Assembly: GCA_002104905.1 (NCBI GenBank)
Contig: MCFE01000318.1
Coordinates: 1 to 64,000 of the forward strand
Length of the DNA stretch: 64,000 nucleotides
Reading direction: 5' to 3'
Origin: Basidiobolus meristosporus CBS 931.73
Lineage: Eukaryota > Fungi > Basidiobolomycota
Part shown: positions 1 to 12,504 of the stretch, piece after piece
How the letters are laid out: each line of letters starts with the position of its first letter
How positions within the stretch are numbered: the first letter of the stretch is position 1
Program-made: the position numbers and the translations under genes
The notes under the pieces: model-generated
The model's input: the letters and a program-made list of their open reading frames with translations, nothing else
Told to the model about the DNA's origin: nothing
The model's database searches: none

Positions 1-378
1 CGTACGTACCAAGCATGGGGTGGTTCACGAACTGGCGGGAACCAAGGGGGTGGGATGGTTGGTTAGTAAGGCGTGCTTGGATCGATCTGTGTATCATGAA
101 TAACTAACAGCAGTACTCCAGAACTTGGGGATTTGGGCAAGGATCTCGGCTCTCTTTTCGTAGATAGGAGCCTTAAGATTCTCGTATTTGGTGGCGAGAG
201 CGGTTGTTTCTTGGACTAAGGTCAGGGGATTCCATGAGTATCGCGAAACCTCTAACCAAATCTCCGCAGGTCACTTACCCAGGGTGTCGTTGATTTTCTC
301 GAATTCATCCTCGATTTCGGCCACTTGAGGCCAGACCTTTTGCAGGGCAGGATCGACTTCGCTCCTTTCGGTGGTCAT
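1..378 (-). CDS. NAP1/SET (Vps75-like) histone chaperone, 5' part; runs off the window start
   Basis: Manual splice of the minus strand from ATG at 378 gives MTTERSEVDPALQKVWPQVAEIEDEFEKINDTL|VQETTALATKYENLKAPIYEKRAEILAQIPKFWSTA|FVNHPML. The motif PIYEKR..I..IPKFW..AF.NHP is typical of NAP/SET proteins. Introns are GTAAGT..TAG and GTTAGT..CAG. Confidence 0.75.
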
Positions 379-719
379 GACTTTTCTATGTAAAATGGTT
401 TGGAAAGGTGTCTATGGATTTCGCGAACAATCTCAATGGCTATGATATTTGTTATTAAACGCAGTATTCTTTTTTTTCTTTTTTTTAGGGGTATTTTTTG
501 GGATTATCAAAAGGAGGCGTCTGTGCAAAAAAATGTTCTTACCCAGTCACTCCCGGCACCAGTCACGTCCAACAATCCGTGTTTCGCATGCCAAATGAAT
601 AAAACTGCATGCAGTGGGTGGCGGGAATTGCGGGTGGACATTTAGATTTGGATCAACAGCCATGCCGAATAGCCATGCCGAATAGCCATGCCGTAGTCGA
701 TGGGATAAATTGCCTATGC

Positions 720-1737
720 ATGTCAGTCAATACGCCCATGTCGTGGTCCACCTTATTAGCTGAGATACAGTCAGAGAGCGGGCTGCAGGTTAGTATCTTC
801 TTGACCGTGACTCTGCTCCTTAGGCATTTACCCTGTTTGCTTCTAGCTATACAACTCAATAAAAACCAAGTGTCCCACCGGCCCGCTGTACATAGATGGC
901 ATTGATCGCTCCATTGCAGTGGCACGTAACGAACTTGAAAAATACCTAGCGGACCCGATCAAGTATACTAGCATTTACCCGGGGGAGATCCTGCAAATCG
1001 ATGGAAGCACCGGCACGGGCAAAACCGAAGTTGCACTCTTTCTAGTGCTGACCACCATCATACCCGAATACCAGGAAGTAACGGTGGGTCAAGAGATCGT
1101 GAGGGTTCATCTGGGTGGTCGTGGAAAATCAGTGGTGTTTATTGATGTCGAAGCGAAACTTCGTGTGGAGAGGATCTTTGAGGTGTGTAGAGGCCATTTC
1201 CTACGCTGTTTAGGTAAAGGAAACTCTTCCCTCTATCCAGAGCTGGTTGGGCAGATAGATAGACTCCTCTTGGACTGGTCAAAGCGTGTACATATATTTC
1301 GGCCAAACTCCACCCTGGAGCTTTTGTCTACTCTACGAGGGCTTCCTGGATACCTGAGCCAGCTAGAGGAGGAATTCCACTTCCTATTCCTAGACTCGCC
1401 ATCGTCCTTCTATTGGATAGACAGATTCGAGTCACAGAGTCTTGGGACGTTTGTTCCGCTTCACAAATCCCTGGTGCAGGCGATTCGGGAGGTAAGCCTC
1501 GAGTGGGGCTTGGTTGTTTGCATCACGAATCCTGTACTTCTGGCAAGTGAGAGGAGAGAAAACCATGAGTCCCTTGTAATAAGAGAGCATCTGCCTCCAG
1601 TATGGAAGGAGTGTATCAACTACAGATTCGTTATCGCCCACGAAGAGGCAGGCCAACAGAGAATCGGCAGAATGGTGGCACCGGCCATAGGGCCGATATT
1701 CAGATTTCATATCAGCAGAGAAGGGGTGCAGTCGTGA
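720..1737 (+). CDS. XRCC2: RAD51 paralog, XRCC2-like
   Basis: Exon 1 MSVNTPMSWSTLLAEIQSESGLQ, intron GTTAGT..TTCTAG, then in frame with ORF 919-1737. Walker A GSTGTGKT, VVFID motif, and FLFLDSPSSFYWIDR, which matches the XRCC2 LLIIDSISAFYWIDR motif. Confidence 0.75.
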
Positions 1738-1826
1738 GCTATGTAAGCGTATTGGCAGAGAAGGGGTGCAGTCGTGAGCTATGTAAGCGTATTGGCAGAG
1801 AAGGAGTGCAGCCGTGAGCTATGTAA
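1715..1826 (+). repeat. 40-bp tandem repeat, about 2.8 copies, overlapping the XRCC2 stop codon
   Basis: Unit GCAGAGAAGGGGTGCAGTCGTGAGCTATGTAAGCGTATTG at 1715 and 1755; partial third copy at 1795 with 2 substitutions. Confidence 0.95.
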
Positions 1827-2030
1827 CACCCTCCATGTAGACGGCCACCAACCCTCAATGCACCAAGCGAATAAATCTAAGACTGCAATCCAGATTTGGC
1901 CCATCAGAGTGTGGAGTACACTCAGATCAAACCAAAAAACGGAAGATCTCAAGCCAATCAGGGATGCACTGCTCCACAGCGGATACGAAGTTATTTTCTC
2001 TTCTGAAGCTCGGTGGTCATCCAGCTCGAT

Positions 2031-3310
2031 ATGCCGGACGCCAAAACGTACCCGTTCTGGTTCGGGGGTAGCCTCCTTTCCCGTTACTTCAAACCCCCAG
2101 CGGTTGTTTCTGATGCTCCTTTCTCCTAGGGGTTGCTACCTGCTTCGCCACTCTCTGCACCCACCCGTTCGATGTTGTCAAGGTCCAATTGCAAACCAAC
2201 GAAGCCAAGCTTCGAAGATCTGATCCGGGCGCTTTCAAAACCATGAGCAACTTGGTGAAGAGAAACGGCTGGCTGTGCCTATACGATGGGCTCTCTGGGA
2301 GTGTGTTTCGCCAGGCTGTATGTTTAAATTGTCCTCTGCCGCAGATATGCCTCTTTCGAGTAACACCGAGATTTATAGACTTACTCGACCACAAGATTTG
2401 CTCTGTATGATATCATTAAGGGGCAGCTAGCTGACAAGGATGGTAAGAGAGAGTTGGCGTGTTTTCCTTGCCCCTAGGTAACTCATTATTTGATGCTATC
2501 TTCCGGCAACCTAGGGAGACTATCCATTCTGAATGCTTCTCTGGCCTCGATAGTTTCGGGTAAGCTGTTGGCATGGATTCTGCCCCGCCCAAGTACGCAT
2601 TTTCACGCATTTACCTAAATGTTTTGTCACACCAGGGGTCGTGGGTGGTATAGTGGGAAACCCGGCAGATGTAGTGATGATCCGCATGGCGAACGACCGG
2701 AAGCTTCCTTTGGCCGAACAACGCCAGTACCGCCATGTTTTTGACGGGTTTACACGCATCATAAAGGACGAGGGGGTTCGATGCCTATTCCGCGGCATCA
2801 ACCCCAACATGGTTCGTGCAATCGCGGTTACCAGCTCACAGCTTGCCAGTTACGACCAAATCAAGGAGATATTAATCTTCCACGTAGGTTGGTCGGACGA
2901 CTTCAGAACCCACCTGACCTGCAGTCTGTTGGCAGTAAGTTCTCTGGCCTCTTAGAAAATCCGAAAGAATGGCTTGTTGATAAATCTCTAGGGCCTTGTG
3001 GCAACCACCGTGTGCTCGCCAGTAGATGTGATTAAGACTAGAGTGATGAACTCTTCCAGGCGAATGGTACTTGCGTGTAGATGATTTAGGACTTCATGGT
3101 TGCATATTTAAAGCGATCTGTTCTTCGTAGGGAGCAATTGGCACGTTGACCAGCATGCTCAAGAATGAAGGAATCCGCGGGTTCTTCAAAGGATGGCTGC
3201 CGTCCTACATGCGATTGGGGCCTCATACGCTGGTCACCTTTCTCACTTTAGAGCGACTTCGCCAATGGTACGATGGCCATAGAAGAGTGGGAACACCCGG
3301 TACGGCGTAA
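2031..3310 (+). CDS. DIC1: Mitochondrial dicarboxylate carrier (SLC25 family), multi-exon
   Basis: Spliced protein starts MPDAKTYPFWFGG and includes THPFDVVKVQLQ, TYSTTRFALYD, GNPADVVMIRMAND and SQLASYDQIK. Carrier PxDxxK motifs present; ends ...YDGHRRVGTPGTA, TAA at 3308-3310. Confidence 0.85.
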
Positions 3311-4005
3311 TTAGAACATCCATCATCATACCTCACAAAAGCATCACCCGCATCACCATCACCCACTTTCTCTTTTGTGTACATAAACTTATTGGCAAAT
3401 CCGCCTCACAAAATCCGTTTAACCTACCATCATTCCTTGGTACATATCACATACAAAAGCAGCGCAATAATAGAGGCTCAGTGACATCTGGTATAAAACA
3501 GGTGATCATTGGGATATTTATTCAGATAACTAGCAATAAATGGTGGTCATGGCTTGGTAGTTAACTCGTTCGGTAGCTGCCTTAATTTCGGATCTGTGAC
3601 AATCCTTCTGGCGCCAGCATACATCCCATCTGGAACACAAGGATGAGATTCAATGACACGTTTAGATACGAGGACAACCTTTACTTACAACTACACAAGG
3701 CGGTGAATGCCCAAAGGAAACCGTTTCCTGGGACTCTTCGGCGAGGCAAGGGGGGTAGTGGGACTGAAGACATACTTTGGCACTTTTCCTTTAAACCATC
3801 GACGACCGCGCAACTTATATATGTATCGGGCCAAAGTCTAGACATCCAGATAGTTCACGAGTCGGCCAGAGCCTCGAAACACGATTTGTCTCGATCAATA
3901 TGGACCGTGAGCATGAATATTAGGAAAGTATTGGAAATCGCAGCACGCATCGAGTTGTCAAACTTGTGTTTATTAAGCACGAGATGAAGGAAATGAAGAC
4001 TAGGT

Positions 4006-4620
4006 TTAACGGTAACGTCTGAGGGACAAGGTGTTTCTCTTGATCCAGTTGTTGCGTCTACCAGAGCCAATGGTCTTGTTGAAGGCGTGACCCTTACCGT
4101 GACCACGGTTCTTCTTACCGATGGCGGTAAGACCACGAGCCTCACGGCGCTTGTGAACAGGGTTGCAGATCCAGTTGATGCGAGCATCACGACGGATGGC
4201 CTTGTGGGAAGGATCAACAAGGATGACTTCGAAGTACTTGTAGGTAGAGTCTTGGTTGACCCAGTAAGAGTTCAAGACTCTCAAGTTGGCGCACTTGCGG
4301 CCAACACGCTCCTCGGCGGTGGCACGAAGGGAGCGTTGGTACTTAAGGTGGTTGATACCTTGGTTGACGGGCTTACCGAATTGAGCACCCTTGGCAACAG
4401 GTCTCTTGCGGTTACCACGACGAACGCGGACGCGGTAGATGACGTAACCTTGCTTGGCCTTGTAACCCAAACGGCGGGCCTTGTCAGGGCGAGAAGGACG
4501 GGAAGCACGGTGGATGACATTCAACTGTCTGTATTCCCAGCAGCGGACGCGGAGCAAGAAGCCCATGACGTCGGATTGCTTCTTCTTGTACAATTCTTCG
4601 ATATACTTGTAGGCACCCAT
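4006..4620 (-). CDS. RPL15: 60S ribosomal protein L15 (eL15), intronless
   Basis: 204-aa [35 protein letters not shown]...; near-invariant eL15 sequence. Confidence 0.98.
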   Translation of the reverse strand: MGAYKYIEELYKKKQSDVMGFLLRVRCWEYRQLNVIHRASRPSRPDKARRLGYKAKQGYVIYRVRVRRGNRKRPVAKGAQFGKPVNQGINHLKYQRSLRATAEERVGRKCANLRVLNSYWVNQDSTYKYFEVILVDPSHKAIRRDARINWICNPVHKRREARGLTAIGKKNRGHGKGHAFNKTIGSGRRNNWIKRNTLSLRRYR

Positions 4621-4966
4621 GGTTGGCTTTGGCTACCGGCTGGTGTGGATTAAAGCAAAGGGTTAGCCTCGAAGATGAATGGATGTACGTTGATGGATGT
4701 GGATGTGGATGTGGATGAGGCTAGCATCCGATACTCACCTTCAAATTCGGGATCAAAAGGGCAAAGAGAGAGATATTTCTATTAGGCTACCAGTCTTTTA
4801 TTTTGTCGGTCCTGGAATTTTTTCTATCGACCATCCAACCGCTCTATTTTCTGGGTTTTCCTATTCTGGAATAGATTCGATATATTCATCGAAAATTTTT
4901 GGCTTAATTGACGAAACGATAGCCACCTGGTAGGTGGAGTGTTGCTTGACTACTGGAACTTCTGCA

Positions 4967-6200
4967 ATGGCCACCGTCACCAAGTTGTTGAACTTAAATA
5001 TTGGTTTACGAACCAGATTCGCTTTGTACAGAACCCCCGTATTTTTCCGTCAGCAGTTGAGTGCCTTTCATTCCACCGCAACCGCAAATGAGGACGCCGA
5101 GAAAACCGAATCTATGTCAAGTAAGTTTTGGCCTCTCGTAGAACGCTCAGCCTCTTTCAGTTGTAGCTTATGCCATGCAACCGTATTTTTAAGAGGCCGA
5201 GCGGACCTTGAAACGTTTCTGGAAAGCCGTTACCTTGGCCGAGCTCAAAGGTATTGTGGGAGACTGTTTGTATCGTTTGAGCAGGCTTTTCAACGGTATT
5301 TTTTCAGATGGATATGCTGTAGCCTTGGATGGAAGGACCCTCAAGACCCCCAGCGGCCAAGTCTTGACTGTGCCAAAGGAGAAGAAGATTTTGGCTTTGC
5401 TCTTAGCTGCGGAATGGGAAAGCCAAAGCGTTCTGCTGAAGCCCCATTCCCTGCCTTTAGTAAGAGTTTATTAGGCGCATCTATCACAGAGGATGATGTT
5501 GATTGACCGATATTTTAGACTTCTCTCGTCGCTAGAAGCATTGATGGGTTGACTGACGAGGAGGAGAGAAAAACAACTATCGACCGATTGATGAATTACT
5601 TGGATACTGATACTACCTGGTAGGTGATGTTTGGGTGTGACTTCGTTAGCCCCGAGTTAAATTTAGCGCATCTCTAGCTACCAGCACGTGTATCCTCAAT
5701 CGCTTATAGATCTGCAAAATGAGCACTGGAAGCCACTCATTGACTGGGTTGAGGAGAAGTACCAAGTCAAACTCAACGTTACCAACAGCATCTTAGGCAC
5801 CGCCCAGCAGCCCGAGACCGTCAAACGCCTTCGCCAAGAAGTCGAGTCTTTTGACCCCCTTACACTCTCCGGTACACCCCATCTTCACAACGAGTTGCAT
5901 TGCCAAAGTTACTAAAGTCGCGTTCGTTGATAGCTTTCGAAAGAGCCACCTTGTCCTCGAAGTCCTTCATCATCGCTTTGGCCTTGGTGAAACGCCAACT
6001 CTCGGTCGAAGCAGCCACCACCGCTTCTCGAGTCGAGGTTCTCTCCCAAATCAAGCAATGGGGCATGGTCGAAGATAGTAAGTGGCTTATTTTGGTTGGA
6101 CTTCACCGGATTCGTCTCTAACGTTCCCATAGCACATGATGTTGATCTTGAAGAGATGCGTCGCCAATTAGGTTCTGTTGCCTGCAGTCAAATGAGCTAA
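4967..6200 (+). CDS. ATP12: Mitochondrial F1-ATPase assembly chaperone, multi-exon
   Basis: Segments KRFWKAV, GYAVALDGRTLKTP, LLAAEWESQ, W.PLIDW and ASRVEVLSQIKQWGMVED-HDVD; N-terminal presequence-like region; TAA at 6198-6200. Confidence 0.9.
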
Positions 6201-6624
6201 ACATCAGACTGATCTATGCACTATCAAAGCATTTCATCAATAAATTCGAGTTTGCATTTCATATCTTCGCTTATTCAATACTCCAAGCCCAAGCAGGTGG
6301 GGCTCATTCTAGAACAGTGCTTTTCCAAATCGGTGCGGATTGGTTGTCGGAATATTCCTCATGATATAGACTTGGCACGAATTTGCAGGCCATGTAGTCG
6401 CATCCCCCCCCCATTGATGGCCTAAAATAAATTAGTAACTTCCGTGCATGTGGGGCCTGAATTAATCCTTTCTATCCTCAGCCGCCCTCATACCAGCGAC
6501 ACAACCAAACCTCAACAAGCGAGCTCTATATCGACGAGACCAGCCTAAATTTCTGAAGGTGCGATAGCGAACAACATCCCCTTACCCAACTTTCATTTTT
6601 ACTTCCCCGTTTACCTTTTGTTTG

Positions 6625-7562
6625 ATGAGTGGAAAATTGTCAATCAAGTTGAATGCGCTCGCCGACAACACTCTGATGTTGATCCACGAGCGCAATAGAA
6701 ACAAAAGCTTAGATCTCAACTACGCGAAACAAGAAAAAACCATCAAAAAGAACTTGGAACGCATCAAAGAGGGAATCACGGAGCTTGAGGAGGAGCTATC
6801 CAAGGAGGAAGAATCGGGTGCCAGGTATATATACCAGCCCAATGGTTAATCAAGAGCCAGTCGAGTGACCATTTCTTTCTATATCCCAAGCTCCCGGTTG
6901 TTAGGGCAAAAGGAAGACCAGGTCATACAATTATCTCAGCAATACGACAAATTGGAAGCTTTACTGAACGGTGCCCAGGATGAGAATTCTCGGTAGGCCT
7001 TTCGGCACTAATCACAACAACCGTGCAGATTCCAGGTGGTAACCCTTTCTTTACAGCGAGCTACTTCTAGGGAATTCTCCACCCAAGAGTAGAAAGTGGG
7101 AGACCAGCGTGCAGATTGATGCACCTGAGGAGCTTGAGAACAGCCAGGTGTTGCAGCTCCAAGAAAGAATAATGGATGGTAGCTCTGGTCAGACACCTTG
7201 TTCACCTAACCATAGCTAACTAGTATGTGAATAGAGCAAGACCGGAATTTAGATGAGCTTAGCGAGGCAGTCGGCAGACAGAGAGAGTTGGGACTTCTCA
7301 TTTCCGACGAGCTGGATCGTCATATTGAACTGTTGGACGAAACTGACGAGGCGATTGATTCGAGCCAGCGCAAGTTAACCGGCGCACGCAAAAGGCTGGA
7401 CTACGTTAGAAGAAAGACCAAAGAAGCCGGTAAGCGACTCTCGTTAGGTTCTTATGGATCAGCAAAGTACTGACCATGTTGTGCCTAGGCTCTACCTGCA
7501 TCATTTTGATCTTACTTTTACTTCTTTTAATTGTTGTCTCCATTGCCAAACTGATCCGGTAA
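6625..7562 (+). CDS. SYN8: Syntaxin-8-like Qc-SNARE, multi-exon
   Basis: N-terminal KLNALADNTLMLIHERNR; SNARE motif LDELSEAVGRQRELGLLISDELDRHIELLDETDEAID; C-terminal TM helix CIILILLLLLIVVSIA. Confidence 0.7.
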
Positions 7563-7739
7563 TGTTGATCCAAGTGTATAAATAAACAATAACTTGATTT
7601 TGTAATGAAACCTCATCTGTTGTGGCAGTGGTTGACTGCTATATAATCATTTGGCCCCGAAATTCCCCATTTCTTACGGAGCCAAAACATTCGAATCTCC
7701 AAATAATTCCGTTCTTTCACAGACCAACGGCCTCGAAAG

Positions 7740-9732
7740 ATGGCCGACGAGCAGCCAACCACGACAAACAAACGAAAAGCGCCTACTTGGTCGAATCACT
7801 ACTACACCGGGGTGCAGCTTTTCAAAGAGAAGAATTATGACGAGGCGATCCGGAGTTTCGATCAGGTTGTTTGTTTTTTGTGTTTCCGGTTGGTTCACTG
7901 ATCCTCGAGACTGACTGGTTCCATTACCTCCCAGGCGATCGAGCTCAAACCCAACAGGTTAGAGTTGTACGATTGTCGAGCTGCCGTTTACGAGAAGACC
8001 CGAAACGTCCAAGCAGCCTACCGGGATGCCAAGAAAATGATTGCCATGTTTCCGTCGAGCGCGAAGGTATGCTTTTACTTATGTATGCCTCTCGAAGAAC
8101 GCCGGCTAATCCCTATATGATCCAGGGTTATATCCGGGCTGGGAAGATCCTTAGGTTGAGCGGACGTTATGAGGCGGCTTACCATGTTTATGAAAGTGGA
8201 AGGCGTAAGCTCAAGTCTGATGATCCGGATGTTCAGGTAAATATATGCTCAGTGTGGTGTAATTGTCGAGTGTAGAGGCTGAATGCATTACGATGCAGCT
8301 GCTGACGAAGTATAGTCAAGAGGCGATCACCCTGTACAAGAAATCGCAAACAAAGGGGTCCGTTCCAGGTCATAGCACACAGGTTGCCTCCAACCATAGT
8401 GTCCAGGAGAGCACACCAGCGATAGTTAAACGCTACGACCTGTTCGAAATCCTTCCTCCGGAGCTCATTCTAGAGATCTTCGAACTGTTGCCCTACAAAA
8501 CGATCTGGAGGTGCACTCGCGTTTGCAAAGTGTGGCGACAAACATTGCCGAGGATCAGTCTGATCTGGCGTGATGCTGATTTGTCTAAGAATCGAGGAGA
8601 AGATGCCAGTTACAATATAACTGATGCGACTATTAAATCGGTTGGGACGCGTGGAGCACGGCATTTACGCACCCTCGTGGCGCCCAAGGTGTCCAAGCTA
8701 ACCAACGTCGCAGTAAAGTCCCTGATCCAAGCGCAATGCACCAGAATAGAATCCTTGGTGATCACGGAAAACCGAAAGATCACCAGCGACACATTTTTAC
8801 GAATGGTCGCTACTGTCGACCGCCACCTGCAGATCTTGAACCTGTCCTCGACATCCATCACCGATAGGGTTGTTGTTCGGGTTCTCGAGGGATGCACCAA
8901 TCTCCGTTCCCTAGACATCTCTTGTAACCGAGAGATCACGGACAACGCCTTTCATCGGCTTTCCACGAACCCGGGGCCTCCAATGGTCAAACTGAAGATC
9001 AACGACTGTCCAAAGCTAAGTGATCGGGCGGTCTATTTCGTCACACGGGGCCTACGGCAACTGCGGTCGTTGGATATCTCCAACAACTCTCTGATGACCA
9101 AGAAGTCCATCATCAACCTGTCCCATATCGCAACCCTCACGCATCTTTCATTGACCGGGATAGACTTCAAGAACCCGGCCACGCTTCCATTAGATGACGC
9201 GTTCCTTATGCTTGCCGACAAGTGCTCGCAGCTGCGCGAGCTAAGCTTGCTCAGGTGTCCTCAACTCTCGCAGGTCATTGTGGAATACTTGACCACGTTC
9301 TGTGGGCAGCTGGAGTCTCTCGATCTCAGGGAGAATGCGAATCTAAACGATGATTGCATCCGCTCGATTGCAAGCAACTGCGTTGATCTGCGCAACATAG
9401 CAGTGGCCGCCTGTCCCAACATCACCGAACTTGGGATGAATGCGCTCCTTAGAGGATGCCCAAGCCTCACCCATATCGATATCTCCAGGAATCCCAACAT
9501 CGGCGACGATTTCCTGGTGGAAGCGACGAGGCGGTGCACCCAATTGGCCGAGATAAACATCAGCTTCTGCAGGAAAATCACGGGAAACGGGGTGATCAAA
9601 TTGATCCGGAAGTTCCAGGCTACATTGAATGCATTGAAGATGGACGGTTGCAATGGAGTCAGTTCTGAGACAGTCATGTTTGCCAGACAGACATTAGGCC
9701 CTTCGGCCGTCTCTTGCTCGTTCTCATTGTAG
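7740..9732 (+). CDS. TPR + F-box + LRR protein (Dia2/Pof3-like SCF substrate receptor)
   Basis: Spliced N-terminal TPRs (YDEAIRSFDQ|AIELKP..LYDCRAAVYEK, GYIRAGKILRL), F-box DLFEILPPELILEIFELLPYKTIWRCTRVCKVW, then about 12 AMN1-type LRRs. Confidence 0.8.
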
Positions 9733-9985
9733 ATTGATTAGTGTATAAATTGCATTATAAAGAACCATTGTGATGGCCAACAATTCATTATGACATTGGT
9801 CTTACTCGCCATGATCCAGATCGCACTGCATACCCGTCCCAGTTAGTTGACGTAGTTTTTTGACTCGGCCAATCACACGGCCAAAGGGGCCCTCTATGGT
9901 AATATTGAATCAGGGTTCATACTTATAAAGTTCGCCGGGTTACAATTAATCATCCTAGATTTGTCTGTTTGCTTTACCTCCAATA

Positions 9986-10507
9986 ATGAAACTTTTCCCA
10001 CTCACCCTAGCAATCCTGGCGTGCCTTTCGCTCGCCACTGCGGACCTGAAGCTTCAGGAGGAAGCCCTCCTGGAGGATGTTTATCTAGAGGAGCAGAGCT
10101 ACGACAGCCCGTTGGGAAGGCCTTTGGGCGATTCCCTCTACGACTGCGGCTCTCCTTCCGACCTACTCAAGATCAACTACGTGAATATCAGCCCCGACCC
10201 GCCACACAAGGGACAGAAGCTTCGCATCCAGGGGGAGGGGGTTTTCAGTGACAAAGTGGAAGAGGGCAGCTACGCTGTCGTCTCCGTCAAATACGGACGC
10301 ATAAGACTTCTGCAGTTGAAATTCGACACCTGCAAGGAGATTAAGCAGATCGACAAAGAATGTCCCCTTGGTCCAGGTCCCCAGAGCATAGATGCCGAAG
10401 TGGACCTTCCCAAAGAGATCCCCCCTGGCAGATACACCGCACACGCACAGGTCTACACCAAGGACGGTCGCCAAATCGCCTGCGTCAACGGACTGGTGAA
10501 ATTCTAG
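9986..10507 (+). CDS. NPC2: ML-domain (NPC2-like) sterol/lipid transfer protein with signal peptide
   Basis: 173-aa ORF with signal peptide and motifs DCGSPSDLLKINYVNISPDPP, VKYGRIRLL, CPLGPG and LPKEIPPGRY. Confidence 0.88.
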   Translation: MKLFPLTLAILACLSLATADLKLQEEALLEDVYLEEQSYDSPLGRPLGDSLYDCGSPSDLLKINYVNISPDPPHKGQKLRIQGEGVFSDKVEEGSYAVVSVKYGRIRLLQLKFDTCKEIKQIDKECPLGPGPQSIDAEVDLPKEIPPGRYTAHAQVYTKDGRQIACVNGLVKF

Positions 10508-10801
10508 CTCCCGCGCACCGCTGCCCCCGTCCACAGGTTGGCCCTTCCCTCGACAACACACTAGATCCCTCTGCCGTAGTTAGGTTTCCATGGCGCGGCA
10601 CGATTCGTGTCGAGCGCGGGAAAATCAGTTGAAAAGAACCTCAATAAACTTGTTTCACTTGAAAAAGTACGTTTACTCATTGGAAATGCGACATTGGTAA
10701 GGTTAATCTCGGAAGGGAGCGTTCCGCTGAACGATCGTGATGGACCATGGTCGATGGAAAGGTTCGGTTCATACACAGGTGCAGGTGATTTGATGTCTCG
10801 T

Positions 10802-12072
10802 TCAGGTGGTGGTGTCCATCTCCTCCTGTTGTTCGGTGGATGCTTCCTTCTCGTCGGTGTCCATGCTCTCCGAGTCTGCACCTGGAGCACCTGCCTCGCT
10901 TTCCATGGGCTCTGGTGCATCCTCCTCGGGAGGCGTCTGCTCATTGCTGAGTGGATTGGTTGCTACGGGTCCTGCGGTGGCGGCGGAGACATCTCCTCGT
11001 TTCAATAGCTCAATATCATCCGCTGGTACAGCCGTACCATCATCCCCGGTGTTAGCTGAGATGGTGGAATTCTGTGGGGGTTCTATCGTAGACTCGGGCT
11101 GACTGTCCTCGGCATCATCTCCCTTTGTGGGGGTTGAGTGGGAATTGGTCTCCTCAACAACATTCCCTGGTGTGGTATCTTCACTGTCCATACTTACCAG
11201 CTCCCCGCTTGCCTCCTCCGGGGGGTTCTTGGTTACGTCGACGTCACCGTTAGCAACAAGCGGGAAATCCGCGTATGTGGAAGTAACTGTGACAACCTAT
11301 ACGATCAACATCGCCCCAATAAACCCGTCAGCAACTGAATCCAGAATACCCCACGAATCCCGGGAATACCTTCTCTAGGGCCCGCATATACTTCGGCAGG
11401 GATTTGTGATGCTCTTTGGGGTAGGCGATGAGCTCGCACAAACGTTGGACGGTGAAGGGTGGATCACTAGATGCGGATGAACCCTGATGAGTATTCCGTA
11501 TCTGACCAAAACCAACGGTTTGAAAGGGACCTTTTGAACGCCTCTAGGGCTTTGACGATGCGTCCTTGGTACGCACGGATCTCTTCGGTTACCTCGGTGT
11601 TGAATTCGGTGGCCAAGAGGTGAAGGTTCTTACGGAGTCAATCGGGTGAGGAAAAGGGGAAGGGAGCGACCACAGCATAGCAAGGAAGAGAGTACCTGCT
11701 CAATTCTGGAGATCAGCCGGGTGCGAATCTCGTTCCAGGGGCCGCTGGTTTGGTGGAATAACGGGTGAGTCAAGGCGATGGAGGAAGGCTCTACGAAAAA
11801 GTCCGTACTCGAATACATTGCTCTGTACCACTCGATCGATGAGCTCGTCGATTTCGTCTGCCTCTGAGAACACGTTGGTTAGTGGCCGCCAGCTCTTGGC
11901 AAAAACCTCAACCATGACATACCCCTTGCTGTTGTATTGGTGGCCGCAGCACCTGTGCATTTCCCCCAAACGTTGTTACCTACCACGGAATAAATCGGCA
12001 TTTGCACAAAAGTCAGAGAGTCCTACCTTCGTTCGCTGGAGGGTCGTTGCTTTGCGCCAATTGGTCTGCCAT
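10802..12072 (-). CDS. PPP4R2: Protein phosphatase 4 core regulatory subunit R2 (PPP4R2/Psy4-like), multi-exon
   Basis: Minus strand reads PFTVQRLCELIAYPKEHHKSLPKYMRALEK (~11380-11460), the PPP4R2 signature. Acidic low-complexity C-terminus is ORF 10802-11191. Start ATG at 12072 inferred from splicing. Confidence 0.8.
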
Positions 12073-12504
12073 GTTGGTCAGGAAAGGAGTAACTAAAAGC
12101 TAAGCGCGTACGTTACTGACAAGCGGATCCAACAGCTGAAAGAAATTTCAGCTCATTCCAAATATATCCATATGTATCCACATCCGCACTGCATTGGATC
12201 TAGTGGTGGTGGACCATGTATGATGTTTACAATGTGATTTATTAGCCTCTTCAGCGGATAATATTAGTGCATCTAGTTGTTAATAATCACTGGGTTATAT
12301 CATAGCGTTTCTTTAAGAGCAATTCTGGGAATTAGGTGAGGTGGAACGATATGAGCTGCGTGTGGTGTAATGGGATAATGATTTTCATCAACAAAAAGCT
12401 AGCAATAATGGAAGAGACGATGGATATACTACTATAGTACACTCATAACATGGCCACTCATCCACATCAATGAGACGAGCGAAGATTGGCAAAGATGCGT
12501 AGAC

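Noticed and set aside
659-693. 13-bp tandem repeat CATGCCGAATAGC upstream of XRCC2, and (GGATGT)4 at ~4694-4718
   Set aside because: Ordinary short slippage repeats with no further supporting structure.
1715-1826. CRISPR-like 40-bp repeats
   Set aside because: The repeats are contiguous with no spacers, there are no cas genes, and the context is eukaryotic.
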